DNA of 64,000 nucleotides from an uncultured Alphaproteobacteria bacterium (GCA_964522525.1 CAZFWG010000003.1:22067-86066); one strand, 5' to 3'; positions 9,638 through 19,762 are shown, numbered from the stretch's first letter. Notes: generated from the letters alone by a model not told the origin. Made by a program: numbers and translations.

Positions 9638-11398
9638 TCAAGGAACGTGGCGCTGGGCATCGGTCGTGCAGTAGATCGGATGGAAAAAGGGGCGCGCGGC
9701 AATCAATGGCGCGTCGCCCGGAAGCCGGGTCAGCCGGACCTGGGAAGCGATCATGATCGGGCTTTCGGGCACCCGTTGAAAATGGGCGAGACCGTTTTCG
9801 CGGGCCTCCTGAATGATGGCATTGGCCCCCCGGTCGCCCCCGAAGAAAATCACCATCAACGGTTTGCGTTCCGCAAACTTGTCCGGGAAATCGCCCCGGT
9901 ACCAGACCGCAACGTCGCGCGGGGTAAAGAGCGTCGGCGCGAGGCGCCGGATACCCGGAGAGACCATGATATCGCCGTAGCGCTCCTTGATGGCCGGGAG
10001 CGCGCGCTGGAAGGCGTCATAGGTGCTCCGGTTCTGGGCACACGCCCTCGGTCCGGACAGATTGGCCCAGGTCATGCCGTGGTCCCCCGCCTTACCATAG
10101 GCCCACGGAACAATGGTCAAGGCGAGGATCGCGGCCTGGAGCCCGGCCGTTGCGAAAATCGACCGTGAGGTCGGCTGCGCGCCCTCCTGTCCTTGCGCAT
10201 CGACGCCGGCGCGTTGCAGGCGCAGCTGTGCGTCCACCTCGATGATCAGGGGCCAGAGGAGCATGACGATGAAGGGAAAGGCCTTGTACGTGTAGATATA
10301 GGCGGATCCCAAATGGGCGGCGATCAGATGGATCAGGAGCCAGGGCAAGGGCGCCAGGACACCGATCAGATAGGCGGGGCGGCGCTTCAGGACCGCCGCA
10401 AGCCCAATGACAAGGGCCGGCAGATAGAGCTGGGCATTGCGATCCTTGTGAAGGGTCAAGACTTCTGCGATCCGCGCCCAGGACAGATGGCTCCAGGGCG
10501 GGGACCCGGCCCAGATGGATTCAAGGGGCCGGCTGCCGCCCAACAGGACCGACACGCCGGCAAAGCACAGAACCGGATAGACAAAGCAGATCCCGGCGAC
10601 GATGATCTCCCGCCGGAGGGCCCCAAGGGGCTGCTTTTCGACCAGAAATCGATAGGCGATCCACAGGAACAGGAAGCTGAAGGCGTGAAAGCCAGCATCC
10701 TCCCGCTGAATGAGCAGCAGGGCGAGGAAGGCGCCCACCAGAAGAGTCGAGCCCAGGGACAACGCAATCAGCAGGCCAATGATCAATATGGGGATGAAAA
10801 ATTCATAATGGCCGATCCAGAGTGCCTTCAGCACGATCCCGTTCAAGGCAAAGGCGAAGGCGAGCCCCGCCCCGGCCACGATCAGGCCGCCGGTAACCCA
10901 GAACGCGGCCGGCGCCCCCCCAACGACTCGTTGCCGGATGAGAAGCCACCAGAGCCCCATGAAGGCGGGCACGAAGCTCGCGTGGATCAGGGCCATGAAG
11001 CCCGAAAAATAGGTCTCCTGGCTGGCCGGAAACAGATAACTCAGATAGCCGACGCCGAGCAGAAAGGGCGCCACATGGACCTTGAAGAAGGACACGGTGG
11101 GGTCGGAGAAATGGCGAAAGGTCGGATTGTGCCAGATGAGATAGGCAAACAGATTGAAGTCGTAACCGTCACCGCGATTGAAGAAGAAATTATAATAGTA
11201 GTGGAAAATCGCATGAAAGATGGCGGCGGCCAGGACAAGCGCGACGGTCCCATACACCACTTGAACGGACAGCCAGGGGAATGCCGTGGCCAGGGCCCAG
11301 GACGCCCTCCCTTCCCGATCGCCCGCTTCGGATGCCATGCCGGTCGCCCGGTCCGCCGCCGGGGTCGCCGACGGCGTCAGATTGCCAACCCGCGTCAT
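9638..11398 (-). CDS. Multi-pass membrane protein, DUF2079-like (putative GT-C glycosyltransferase)
   Basis: About 11 TM segments with DUF2079-like motifs YDFNLFAYLIW, VHVAPFL, HYEFF and LIQREDA, followed by a C-terminal soluble domain. Confidence 0.6.
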   Translation of the reverse strand: MTRVGNLTPSATPAADRATGMASEAGDREGRASWALATAFPWLSVQVVYGTVALVLAAAIFHAIFHYYYNFFFNRGDGYDFNLFAYLIWHNPTFRHFSDPTVSFFKVHVAPFLLGVGYLSYLFPASQETYFSGFMALIHASFVPAFMGLWWLLIRQRVVGGAPAAFWVTGGLIVAGAGLAFAFALNGIVLKALWIGHYEFFIPILIIGLLIALSLGSTLLVGAFLALLLIQREDAGFHAFSFLFLWIAYRFLVEKQPLGALRREIIVAGICFVYPVLCFAGVSVLLGGSRPLESIWAGSPPWSHLSWARIAEVLTLHKDRNAQLYLPALVIGLAAVLKRRPAYLIGVLAPLPWLLIHLIAAHLGSAYIYTYKAFPFIVMLLWPLIIEVDAQLRLQRAGVDAQGQEGAQPTSRSIFATAGLQAAILALTIVPWAYGKAGDHGMTWANLSGPRACAQNRSTYDAFQRALPAIKERYGDIMVSPGIRRLAPTLFTPRDVAVWYRGDFPDKFAERKPLMVIFFGGDRGANAIIQEARENGLAHFQRVPESPIMIASQVRLTRLPGDAPLIAARPFFHPIYCTTDAQRHVP

Positions 11399-11511
11399 GG
11401 TTCACGCCCCCTAGATCAAACGCGAACGGACCCTACGGGATCGGCAGCGCCGGAACAATCGGCAAAACGCGCCCTTGTCGGCGGCGCCTCCGCAACCGGC
11501 AGCAGAGCCGA

Positions 11512-12906
11512 TCAGCTTGCCTGCCGTACACGGATCTTCGCCCGATCCTCCTTGATCCCCTCGGCCATGAGAAAGGCAAGCTCCAGCGCCTGCGTGGCAT
11601 TGAGGCGCGGATCGCAATAGGTGTGGTAGCGGGAGGAGAGGTCCTCTTCCGCAATGGCCTGGGCCCCGCCCAGACATTCGGTGACGTTCTTGCCGGTCAT
11701 TTCCACATGCACACCGCCCGGATGCGTGCCTTCCGCCCGATGGACCGCGGAGAACTGCTGCACCTCTTTCAGGACACGCTCGAAGGGCCGCGTCTTATAG
11801 CCATTGGCCGCCTTGATCGTGTTGCCATGCATGGGATCACAGGACCACACCACGGCCCTGCCCTCCCGCGTCACCGCTCGGATCAAGGACGGCAGGTGCT
11901 CACCCACCTTGTCGGCGCCGAAGCGGCAGATCAGGGTCAGACGGCCCGGCTCATTGTCCGGGTTAAGACGATCGATCAGGGTCAAAAGGCCCTCCGCGTC
12001 GAGGCTCGGTCCGCATTTGATCCCGATGGGATTCTTGACCCCCCGCAGGAACTCCACATGGGCACCGTCCGGCTGGCGGGTGCGGTCGCCGACCCACAAC
12101 ATATGAGCCGACGTGGCGTACCAGTCGCCGGAGGTGGAATCGACCCGCGTCAGGGCCTCCTCATAGCCCAGCAGCAGCGCCTCGTGGCTCGTGAACACTT
12201 CCGTCTGTCCCAATTGCGGCGCGCTTTCGGAGGTGATGCCGCAAGCGGCCATGAATTCCATGGCCTCGGTAATCTGATCCGACATATGACGATAACGCTC
12301 CGCCTGGGGCGTGTTATCGATGAAGTCCAGAAGCCAGCGATGGGTGTTGTGGAGGTCGGCATAGCCGCCTCGGGCAAAGGCTCGGATCAGGTTCAGGGTC
12401 GAGGCCGCCTGGCCATAGGCGCGGATCATCCGTTCAGGGTCCGGCGTGCGCGCGGCCTCGGTGAACTCGATGCCGTTGATGATGTCGCCGCGATAACTCG
12501 GCAGTTCCACGCCGTCCACGGTTTCCGTTGCCGCGGAGCGGGGTTTTGCGAATTGCCCGGCGATGCGAGCCACTTTGACCACGGGCATCCGTGCCCCGAA
12601 AGTCAGGGCCACGCTCATTTGCAGGATCACCCGGAACGTATCCCGGATCGTATCGGCATTGAATTCGGCGAAACTCTCGGCACAGTCTCCGCCCTGGAGC
12701 AGGATCGCCTCGCCCCGCGACACGGCGGCCAGATGCGCCTTGAGCTGACGGGCCTCTCCGGCGAACACCAGGGGCGGCTGGGAACTGAGGCGCTCGAGAC
12801 TGGCCTTCAACGCGCCCTCATCCGGATAATCCGGCACCTGGAGGATCGGCTTGCCCTTCCAGGAAGCAGGCGTCCAATCGGCGGCGGCGTTTGTCGGATT
12901 TCCCAT
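11512..12906 (-). CDS. aroF: Class II 3-deoxy-7-phosphoheptulonate (DAHP) synthase
   Basis: [40 protein letters not shown] and [10 protein letters not shown]. Confidence 0.95.
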   Translation of the reverse strand: MGNPTNAAADWTPASWKGKPILQVPDYPDEGALKASLERLSSQPPLVFAGEARQLKAHLAAVSRGEAILLQGGDCAESFAEFNADTIRDTFRVILQMSVALTFGARMPVVKVARIAGQFAKPRSAATETVDGVELPSYRGDIINGIEFTEAARTPDPERMIRAYGQAASTLNLIRAFARGGYADLHNTHRWLLDFIDNTPQAERYRHMSDQITEAMEFMAACGITSESAPQLGQTEVFTSHEALLLGYEEALTRVDSTSGDWYATSAHMLWVGDRTRQPDGAHVEFLRGVKNPIGIKCGPSLDAEGLLTLIDRLNPDNEPGRLTLICRFGADKVGEHLPSLIRAVTREGRAVVWSCDPMHGNTIKAANGYKTRPFERVLKEVQQFSAVHRAEGTHPGGVHVEMTGKNVTECLGGAQAIAEEDLSSRYHTYCDPRLNATQALELAFLMAEGIKEDRAKIRVRQAS

Positions 12907-12955
12907 GGTTGTCTCTTTCTTATCGTATCGTGAGTATCATTACACGGTGTTCTCG

Positions 12956-14362
12956 TTACCCTCGGGCAAGCGCCTGCATGCGATTGCGCCCGGTATCCTC
13001 GGGTTGGAACGGCTCGCGGATGGTCACCAGCTCTTCCGCCGAGGTCGGATGGACGGCGACGGTGGCATCGAACTGTGCCTTGGTGGCGCCCATGCGCACG
13101 GCGATGCCTACCATCTGGATCATTTCCGGCGCATCCTGCCCGATGATGTGGCAGCCCAGGACCCGATCCGTGGCCCGGTCGACGATCAGTTTCATGAGCA
13201 TATGTTCGTCCCGGTCGATGAAACTGTGCTTCAGGGTACGGAAATGGGTCTTGTAGATGTCGTAGTCGAAGCCCTGCTGGATCACCTCCAACTCGGTCAG
13301 GCCCACCGTGCCGATGGGCGGCTGGCTGAACACCGCCGTCGGAATGCAGCTATAGTCGGGCTCGGTCGGGTTGTCCTTGAACACGGTTTCGGCGAAGGCA
13401 ATCCCCTCACGGATGGCCACGGGCGTCAGGGTCACCCGATCGGTCACATCCCCGATGGCATAGATGCTGTCGCAGCTGCTCTTGGAATATTCATCGACCA
13501 GGATCTCGCCCCGATCCCCCAGTTTGACGCCGGCATTCTCAAGCCCCAGGCCCTTGGTGTAAGGCAAGCGCCCCGTGGCATAGAGCACGAGATCGGCAGG
13601 GATCTCGGTATCCCGCTCCAGGACCACGCTATAGGCGTCGCCCTCTTTTTCGATGCATTTCACATCGGATTCGATCAGGACCTTGATGCCCTTGCGTTCC
13701 ATTTCCCGGCGCAACATGACGCGCAAATCAAGATCGAAACCCCGGAGAATCTCCGTCCCCCGATAGATCAGGGTCACATCGACGCCCAGACCATGCATGA
13801 TGCCCGCGAACTCGACCGCAATATAGCCGCCGCCCACGATCACCATCCGGTTCGGCAGTTCATCGAGCAGGAACATCTCGTTCGAGCTGACCGCATGTTC
13901 GATGCCGATGACCGACTCCGGCAGATAGGGCCAGGAGCCCGTGGCGACCAGAATGTTCCGGGCCGTTACGTCCCTCCCCTCCTTGACCAGATGGATCGTA
14001 TGGGGATCTTTGATGACCGCGCGGTCCAGGATGATCTCCGCACCCGCCGCGTTCAGATTGCGCCGGTAGATGCCGCTCAGCCGGGTGAGCGTCGCCTGGA
14101 CCCGTTCACGCAAGGTGGACCAGTCAAAACCGGGTTCGGGCACGCTCCAGCCGAAACCGGCGGCATCCTCGAAGTCTTCCGTATAGTGACTGGCAAGGAC
14201 GAACAGCTTCTTGGGCACGCATCCCCTGAGGACACAGGTGCCGCCTTCGCGGTCTTCCTCGGCGACGGCGACCTTGGCGCCGGTCTGGGCCGCAAGCCGG
14301 CTGGCCCTTACACCGCCGGACCCCGCCCCAATGGTAAACAAATCATAATCGAATGATGTCAT
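12956..14362 (-). CDS. gor: Glutathione-disulfide reductase
   Basis: IGAGSGGVRASR, GGTCVLRGCVPKK (redox CxxxxC), GGGYIAVEFA and VHPTSAEE. Start trimmed to MTSFDYD. Confidence 0.96.
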   Translation of the reverse strand: MTSFDYDLFTIGAGSGGVRASRLAAQTGAKVAVAEEDREGGTCVLRGCVPKKLFVLASHYTEDFEDAAGFGWSVPEPGFDWSTLRERVQATLTRLSGIYRRNLNAAGAEIILDRAVIKDPHTIHLVKEGRDVTARNILVATGSWPYLPESVIGIEHAVSSNEMFLLDELPNRMVIVGGGYIAVEFAGIMHGLGVDVTLIYRGTEILRGFDLDLRVMLRREMERKGIKVLIESDVKCIEKEGDAYSVVLERDTEIPADLVLYATGRLPYTKGLGLENAGVKLGDRGEILVDEYSKSSCDSIYAIGDVTDRVTLTPVAIREGIAFAETVFKDNPTEPDYSCIPTAVFSQPPIGTVGLTELEVIQQGFDYDIYKTHFRTLKHSFIDRDEHMLMKLIVDRATDRVLGCHIIGQDAPEMIQMVGIAVRMGATKAQFDATVAVHPTSAEELVTIREPFQPEDTGRNRMQALARG

Positions 14363-14502
14363 CGGACCCAATCTCTCATCGCGCTGGAAAGCCTCACCAG
14401 CCTCGTCACTTGGGTTCAAGATCCCACTCTGCAAGGGTCAAGGCAAGCCTCTCCTCAACCCGGTGTCCGAGGGCCGGATCCTCGGGGCTTGCCCGGGGGG
14501 CG

Positions 14503-15423
14503 TCAGGGCGTGGGCTGTCCGTCGCGCGAGACCTCCGGTTCCGCCGCTCCGGCAAGAGGCGCGAGAGCGGTGTCGAGCGCCTCGTGAAAGGCTTCCGGTT
14601 GATCCAACATCACGAAGTGGAAGCTGTCGTCGATCCGCACCAGGGTCGTTTCGGGAAGGGCTTCATATTGTTCCTGGTAAAGACGGTCAAGAGTGGTTGG
14701 TGCAATCGGCATGATCGCATCATGGGCATAGATCACGGTCGTCGGCGCCGTGATCGCCTTGATGCGCTGGCGCAGATCGAGGGTAAACATCTCGTGCAGG
14801 GCATCGATCAGCGTGTCCTTGTCGGACGTCTCCAGCCACCGTCCCAGTTGGGGCAGCTTCTCGCGCCGTTTGGTCAACCCTGCAAGCGCGGCCTTCTGTT
14901 GCTGAAAATAGAATGCGGCGGGCTGCGCCCTTTGGACCGCGCGAAGATTATCCGCAACGAGACGAGCGCTTTCCACGTTCTCCGAGCGGAAAAAAAGCTG
15001 CGCCACGAAAGGCAGGGAATCCACAATGACCAAGGCCTTGAGTTTTTCCGGCGCGCGGGTCGCCATGAGCATGGCCAGAACACCACCGAGGGAATGCCCC
15101 ACAACGGCAAACTCCGTAAGCTGCTCTTTTTCGATATAGTCCAGCAGGGCGCCCGCTCTCGGGTCCAGGACCGGGCCCAAAACGGGCGGCACGCCGGCAA
15201 AGCCCGCAAGCGTGAAGCGGTGCACGCGGTAATCCCCGTTCAGATGGGCGGCCGTTTCCTCCCAGACCTCCATCGAAGAGGCAAGCCCCGGCACGAGAAG
15301 GACATCCGGACCGGCACCCGAAACCGTCACGCGGAACGCGTCTTTCTCCGCCGCGCGCAGGCAGGACGCGGTCAACACCAATGAGACAGTGACGGCAAGG
15401 GTCAAACACCACCGGCTTATCAT
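14503..15423 (-). CDS. Exported alpha/beta hydrolase
   Basis: Signal peptide (MISRWCLTLAVTVSLVLTASCLRA), GHSLGG nucleophile elbow and SFHFVMLDQP catalytic His. Start trimmed to 15423. Confidence 0.88.
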   Translation of the reverse strand: MISRWCLTLAVTVSLVLTASCLRAAEKDAFRVTVSGAGPDVLLVPGLASSMEVWEETAAHLNGDYRVHRFTLAGFAGVPPVLGPVLDPRAGALLDYIEKEQLTEFAVVGHSLGGVLAMLMATRAPEKLKALVIVDSLPFVAQLFFRSENVESARLVADNLRAVQRAQPAAFYFQQQKAALAGLTKRREKLPQLGRWLETSDKDTLIDALHEMFTLDLRQRIKAITAPTTVIYAHDAIMPIAPTTLDRLYQEQYEALPETTLVRIDDSFHFVMLDQPEAFHEALDTALAPLAGAAEPEVSRDGQPTP

Positions 15424-15436
15424 CGGTCTGTTTCTC

Positions 15437-16174
15437 CTATCGCGCGGGCGCCGGTGCCGCGATCCGGCGGATCGTGCCGTCTTCCTGGCCGATAAAGGCG
15501 AGGCTCGCCAGATCCACGAACAACCCGTTTTCCACCACGCCTGGGACCCGGTTGAGCGCCACGGACAAGGCCGCCGGATCGGCAATCCGACCGCAGGCAC
15601 AATCGAAGATCACATTGCCGCTATCGGTCAGGACCGGTTCGCCGTCCTCTTTCATCCGTTGGCGGATGGCAATATCATTCAAGCCGGCGGCATCGAAAAC
15701 CTCCCGCAGGTGCCGTGCCGTGGCGCCCGCGCCGAAGCGGATCACTTCAACGGGCAAGGCGAAAGCGCCGAGCGTGGCGACAGCCTTGCTGGCATCGGCG
15801 ATGATCACGAGCCGCTTGGAGGCCGCCGCGACGATCTTCTCCCGCAGGAGGGCGGCGCCCCCGCCCTTGATCAGGCGCAGATGGGCGTCAAGCTCATCCG
15901 CGCCGTCGACCGTCAGGTCGAGGGGCCCCACATCATCCAGGGACACGACCGGGATATCGCAGTCGCGGGCCAGATCGGCGGTCGCCTCGGAAGTGGGCAC
16001 ACCCCGCACGGACCATCCCTTTTCCTTGAGCAGATGTCCTAATCCGCACACGAAGTGGGCGGCCGTCGAGCCCGTGCCCAGGCCCAGGGTCATGCCGTCG
16101 CGGATTTCGTCCAAGGCGGCCAGCGCCGCGATGCGCTTCTGGTCGTCGGCCGAAAGAAGCTCGGTCACTGTCAT
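15437..16174 (-). CDS. rpiA: Ribose-5-phosphate isomerase A
   Basis: LGLGTGSTA, DGADE, KGGGAALLREKIVA and VPGVVENGLF. Confidence 0.97.
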   Translation of the reverse strand: MTVTELLSADDQKRIAALAALDEIRDGMTLGLGTGSTAAHFVCGLGHLLKEKGWSVRGVPTSEATADLARDCDIPVVSLDDVGPLDLTVDGADELDAHLRLIKGGGAALLREKIVAAASKRLVIIADASKAVATLGAFALPVEVIRFGAGATARHLREVFDAAGLNDIAIRQRMKEDGEPVLTDSGNVIFDCACGRIADPAALSVALNRVPGVVENGLFVDLASLAFIGQEDGTIRRIAAPAPAR

Positions 16175-16192
16175 CCGTCCTTTTGTGGAAGC

Positions 16193-16846
16193 TCAGGCAG
16201 AAAGATCGGGGGCATCGACGTCGCGGCCGCGCCGGCACAGGGTCATCGCCAGCGCGCAGACCCGATCAAAAAGATCGCTGTCGGTGGGCAGCGTCACCTG
16301 CCCTTCCTGCAGGGCCGCAACATGATGGGCGGCCCGTTCGAGCCAGGCGAGATCCTGATGATCGATGCCGCCCTCCGCCGCCAGATGTTTGACGATGACC
16401 AGGGGATCGGTGAACGCCAGACCGGCCTCATCCCCGCCCAGACGCCGCCGGGCCGCGCCCGTAAACAACGCCCAGGCATAGAGCATGGCCGGCACGTGAT
16501 CGCCCTTGCGATGGAGGCGGCGGGCCTCGCTCAACCGTCCCCGGATGATATCGAGGGCCGGAAGGCCCGGTGCCGGGCCTTCGGGTTCCGACAGGACCAG
16601 CCGGAAGCTCCAATCGTCCCGCGCCTTCGCGGCTTCCGCCAAACGCCGGAGCCGATCGGATCCGGCGGCACCGGCGCCCAGCGCCCGGATGCCGACAAGA
16701 ACCGTCCGGTCCGCCTTGCGCGCCAGAAGATCCGGCGACAGATCGGTACCGTCGGGCAGATCCACCCGCGGGCGGATATCCACGTCATATCCTTCGGCCC
16801 GATAGCTCTTGCGCAGCTTGGTAAGAATGTCCGTTTCGCTCGCCAT
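16193..16846 (-). CDS. REase (AHJR-like)-fold domain fused to a HEPN-like helical domain, catalytic motifs degenerate
   Basis: N-terminal YRAEGYDV...PDLLARKADRTVLV...LAE..WSFRLV pattern; C-terminal A.LYAW.L...A.R...DPL..VK.LA.EG.I pattern. AGGA RBS upstream. Confidence 0.7.
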   Translation of the reverse strand: MASETDILTKLRKSYRAEGYDVDIRPRVDLPDGTDLSPDLLARKADRTVLVGIRALGAGAAGSDRLRRLAEAAKARDDWSFRLVLSEPEGPAPGLPALDIIRGRLSEARRLHRKGDHVPAMLYAWALFTGAARRRLGGDEAGLAFTDPLVIVKHLAAEGGIDHQDLAWLERAAHHVAALQEGQVTLPTDSDLFDRVCALAMTLCRRGRDVDAPDLSA

Positions 16847-16884
16847 GGGAATGTTCCTAACCCCTGTCCGCCGCTTCTCGTTCT

Positions 16885-17385
16885 TCAGCCTCCGACACCC
16901 TGGAGCATGAAGCGATGATCCGGCCCGTCCTCAATCCGAACATAGAGGAAATGGGAAGATGTGCCCAGATACTCCGCGACCAGCGGCGGCGGATCCGAAA
17001 GCTCGAAGCCCGCAACCTGGCGCGTCCGGCGCACGACCACTTGGGTCACCCGATTGTCGTCATCGAACACAATCCCGTTCAAGGCATCGAGCACATGCTT
17101 CGGGATGTTATCCGTATCGCAGGCGTAAGGGCCCGTGTGAAACAACACCAAGAGGGCAGAAAGCTCGCCTTCGTCCCGGAATTGCCAGCCGTCCAGGTGC
17201 CCAAGCGCGGCCGTGCCGACCCGTTCCTTCCAGCGCCGCGCCGCCCGGCGATCATTGTTCGCCGAGACCGGAATGCCTTCCACCACGAATTCAAAGGATG
17301 GATGACGGTCCACATTTCGGGCCCGCCGCCCCTTGGTCGCCCCCGGCGCCTGACGTGCCGCGCTGGACCCCCGCGTATCCCTCAT
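16885..17385 (-). CDS. RusA-family crossover-junction endonuclease-like protein
   Basis: FEFVVEGIPVS...W and DTDNIPKHVLDAL.GIVFDDD.RV, matching the RusA DxDNxxK...DD catalytic signature. ATG 17385 overlaps the glmU stop (ATGA); alternative GTG at 17313. Confidence 0.82.
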   Translation of the reverse strand: MRDTRGSSAARQAPGATKGRRARNVDRHPSFEFVVEGIPVSANNDRRAARRWKERVGTAALGHLDGWQFRDEGELSALLVLFHTGPYACDTDNIPKHVLDALNGIVFDDDNRVTQVVVRRTRQVAGFELSDPPPLVAEYLGTSSHFLYVRIEDGPDHRFMLQGVGG

Positions 17386-18806
17386 CGTCCCCCCTCCCCG
17401 GATTTTGACGGATCCGGATCGGCTTTCCGGTTCCGGCGGGCCCGGTTGCGCGCCGCCCAACCGGCCACTTCCCGCTGGTCGGCGCGGGTCACCGCGAGCG
17501 CATCGGCGCTGACGGATTTGGTGACCGTGCTGCCGGCACCGATAAACGCGCCATCCCCGACCGTGATCGGCGCCACCAGCGAAGCATTCGTCCCGACAAA
17601 GACATTCTCACCGATCACCGTGCGGTGCTTGTCATAGCCGTCATAGTTGCAGGTGATGGCGCCCGCGCCGACATTCGTGTGCGCGCCCACCTGGGCATCC
17701 CCGATATAGGACAAGTGATTGACCTTGACCCCCGGTTCCAGCACCGCATTCTTGACCTCGACGAAATTGCCGATCCGGGAGCCCTGCCCAATATCCGCCC
17801 CCGGACGTAAACGGGCGAACGGACCGACAACCGAACCCCGCGCCACCCGTGCGCCTTCGATATGGCAGAAGGGCTTGATCTCCACCGTGTCTTCCACGAC
17901 CACGCCGGGGCCGAACACCACATTCTGGCCGATCGTGACATCCCGCCCGAGTGTCGTGTCCCAGGCGAAATAGACCGTATCGGGATCAGCCAGCGTGACC
18001 CCGTCCTCCATGGCGGCCGTCCGGCGCCGGCGCTGATAGGTCGCTTCCGCCACGGCCAGTTCGGTCCGGGAATTGACGCCCAGCACCTCCGCCGCGTCCG
18101 CTTCGACCACGGCGCAAGGCAGGCCCTTTTCCCGCGCCCTGGCCACGATATCGGTCAGGTAGTATTCGCCCTTGGCATTGTCGTTATCGACGGTCGCCAG
18201 CAACTCGAACAGAAGGGACCCGCCGACGGCCATGACACCGGAATTGCACAAAGGGATGGCCAGCTGTTCCGGGCTTGCATCCTTGGCCTCCACGATGGCC
18301 TCGAGACCACCGTCCCCATTGAGCACCAATCGGCCATAGGCCCCGGGCTCCGGCGGCGTGAACCCCAGAACGACGACCCCCGCGCCCGCCGCCCGCGCGG
18401 CGCGCATGGCCGCCAAGGTTTCGGGCCGGATGAGCGGTGTATCCGCATACAGAATGAGCGCCTCGGCGAAAGCGTCCGGGCAGGCCTCCCGGGCCGCCAG
18501 CACCGCGTGCCCCGTGCCCAAGGGCGGGTCCTGGACGGCGATGGCGCATGGGGGCGAAAACGACCGGGCCGCTTGGGCCACGGCTTCCCCGCCCGCGCCC
18601 ACCACCGTGACGACGCGCTCAGGCGCCATGGCGGCGCAGGCATCCAGGACATGGTTCAGCATGGCGCGCCCGGCAATGTCGTGGAGCACCTTGGGCCGCG
18701 CCGACTTCATCCGTGTGCCCTTGCCGGCGGCGAGGACAATACAGACAAGCCCGCCCGCCGCATCGCCCGATGCAGCTCCGGGCGTGGTTTCAGTGGTGGT
18801 TTCCAT
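17382..18806 (-). CDS. glmU: Bifunctional UDP-GlcNAc pyrophosphorylase / glucosamine-1-P N-acetyltransferase
   Basis: LAAGKGTRMKS, GEYYLTD, GPFARLRPG, GNFVEVK and HLSYIGDA. Start trimmed to METTTE at 18806. Confidence 0.97.
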   Translation of the reverse strand: METTTETTPGAASGDAAGGLVCIVLAAGKGTRMKSARPKVLHDIAGRAMLNHVLDACAAMAPERVVTVVGAGGEAVAQAARSFSPPCAIAVQDPPLGTGHAVLAAREACPDAFAEALILYADTPLIRPETLAAMRAARAAGAGVVVLGFTPPEPGAYGRLVLNGDGGLEAIVEAKDASPEQLAIPLCNSGVMAVGGSLLFELLATVDNDNAKGEYYLTDIVARAREKGLPCAVVEADAAEVLGVNSRTELAVAEATYQRRRRTAAMEDGVTLADPDTVYFAWDTTLGRDVTIGQNVVFGPGVVVEDTVEIKPFCHIEGARVARGSVVGPFARLRPGADIGQGSRIGNFVEVKNAVLEPGVKVNHLSYIGDAQVGAHTNVGAGAITCNYDGYDKHRTVIGENVFVGTNASLVAPITVGDGAFIGAGSTVTKSVSADALAVTRADQREVAGWAARNRARRNRKADPDPSKSGEGGR

Positions 18807-18960
18807 GCGGCACTCCCGCGCTCCGGGCCGAACCCCGCAAGCCTCATCCCTGTTCCCGTCCAAGCCGCACCATGTCACAGCCAAGGGGGAGCGCAAGTGC
18901 CCGCTTCCCTCTCGCCGGTGGTTAGGCCACAAACAGTCTTCAACAAGGAGTACGCCACAA

Positions 18961-19653
18961 ATGCGCCGATTGGACGACACAACGGTTGTTTTCGACCTGG
19001 ATGGCACGTTGGTGGACACGGCCCCGGATCTGGCGGGGGCCGCCAATGGTGTCTTGACCGAGATCGGCCGGCCCAGTCTGCCGGTCGAGGCGTTACGTCC
19101 CTATGTGGGCCAAGGCGCCCGGGCCACCCTGCGCCATGCCCTGGAGGTCACGGGCGGCGGCGTGGACGAGGCCACCCTCAACGGTCTGGTGGATCGTTTT
19201 CTGGTGGTCTATACGGGCCGGATTTCCGCCCACAGCCGCCCCTTTCCGGGCGCCCTGGCCGCCCTTGATGCCCTGGCGGCGGCAGGCGCCGTGCTTGGCA
19301 TCTGCACCAACAAGCGGGAGGCGCCGGCCCGCCAGCTCCTCGACGAACTCGGGCTTTTGCCCCGGTTCGCGGCCGTGGTGGGCGGCGATACCTGCCCCAC
19401 CCGCAAACCGGAACCGGAATCGCTGGCCGAAACCTTGCGCCGCGCCGGCGGCCGGGCCTATGGCGTGATGATCGGCGACACGACGGCGGATACGGGGGCG
19501 GCCAACGCGCTGGGCATCCCGTCGATCGGGGTCAGTTTCGGCTACAGCCCCCTGCCGGCGAGCGAAATCGGCGCCACCCGGGTGATCGACCATTTCGACG
19601 ATCTGATCCCGGCGATCGATGCCGTCCTCGCCGATGTTGGGCGGGTGGCCTAG
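18961..19653 (+). CDS. gph: HAD-family phosphatase (phosphoglycolate phosphatase-like)
   Basis: FDLDGTLVDTAPDL, CTNK, RKPEP and MIGDT. ATG 18961 follows an AAGGAG RBS. Confidence 0.88.
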   Translation: MRRLDDTTVVFDLDGTLVDTAPDLAGAANGVLTEIGRPSLPVEALRPYVGQGARATLRHALEVTGGGVDEATLNGLVDRFLVVYTGRISAHSRPFPGALAALDALAAAGAVLGICTNKREAPARQLLDELGLLPRFAAVVGGDTCPTRKPEPESLAETLRRAGGRAYGVMIGDTTADTGAANALGIPSIGVSFGYSPLPASEIGATRVIDHFDDLIPAIDAVLADVGRVA

Positions 19654-19712
19654 AAGCCATTCGGCGGGCCGTTCGGGCCAGGGCCCTCCCCCCGAAGACG
19701 CCATCAGGGGCC

Positions 19713-19741
19713 TTGACGCGATCAGGCGCGGAGAGTAGCCC
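19713..19741 (+). promoter_or_regulatory. Putative sigma70 promoter of tRNA-Val
   Basis: TTGACG-17 bp-TAGCCC, ending 22 bp before the tRNA 5' end. Confidence 0.5.
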
Positions 19742-19762
19742 TACTCCTCTCGCGAAACAGGC

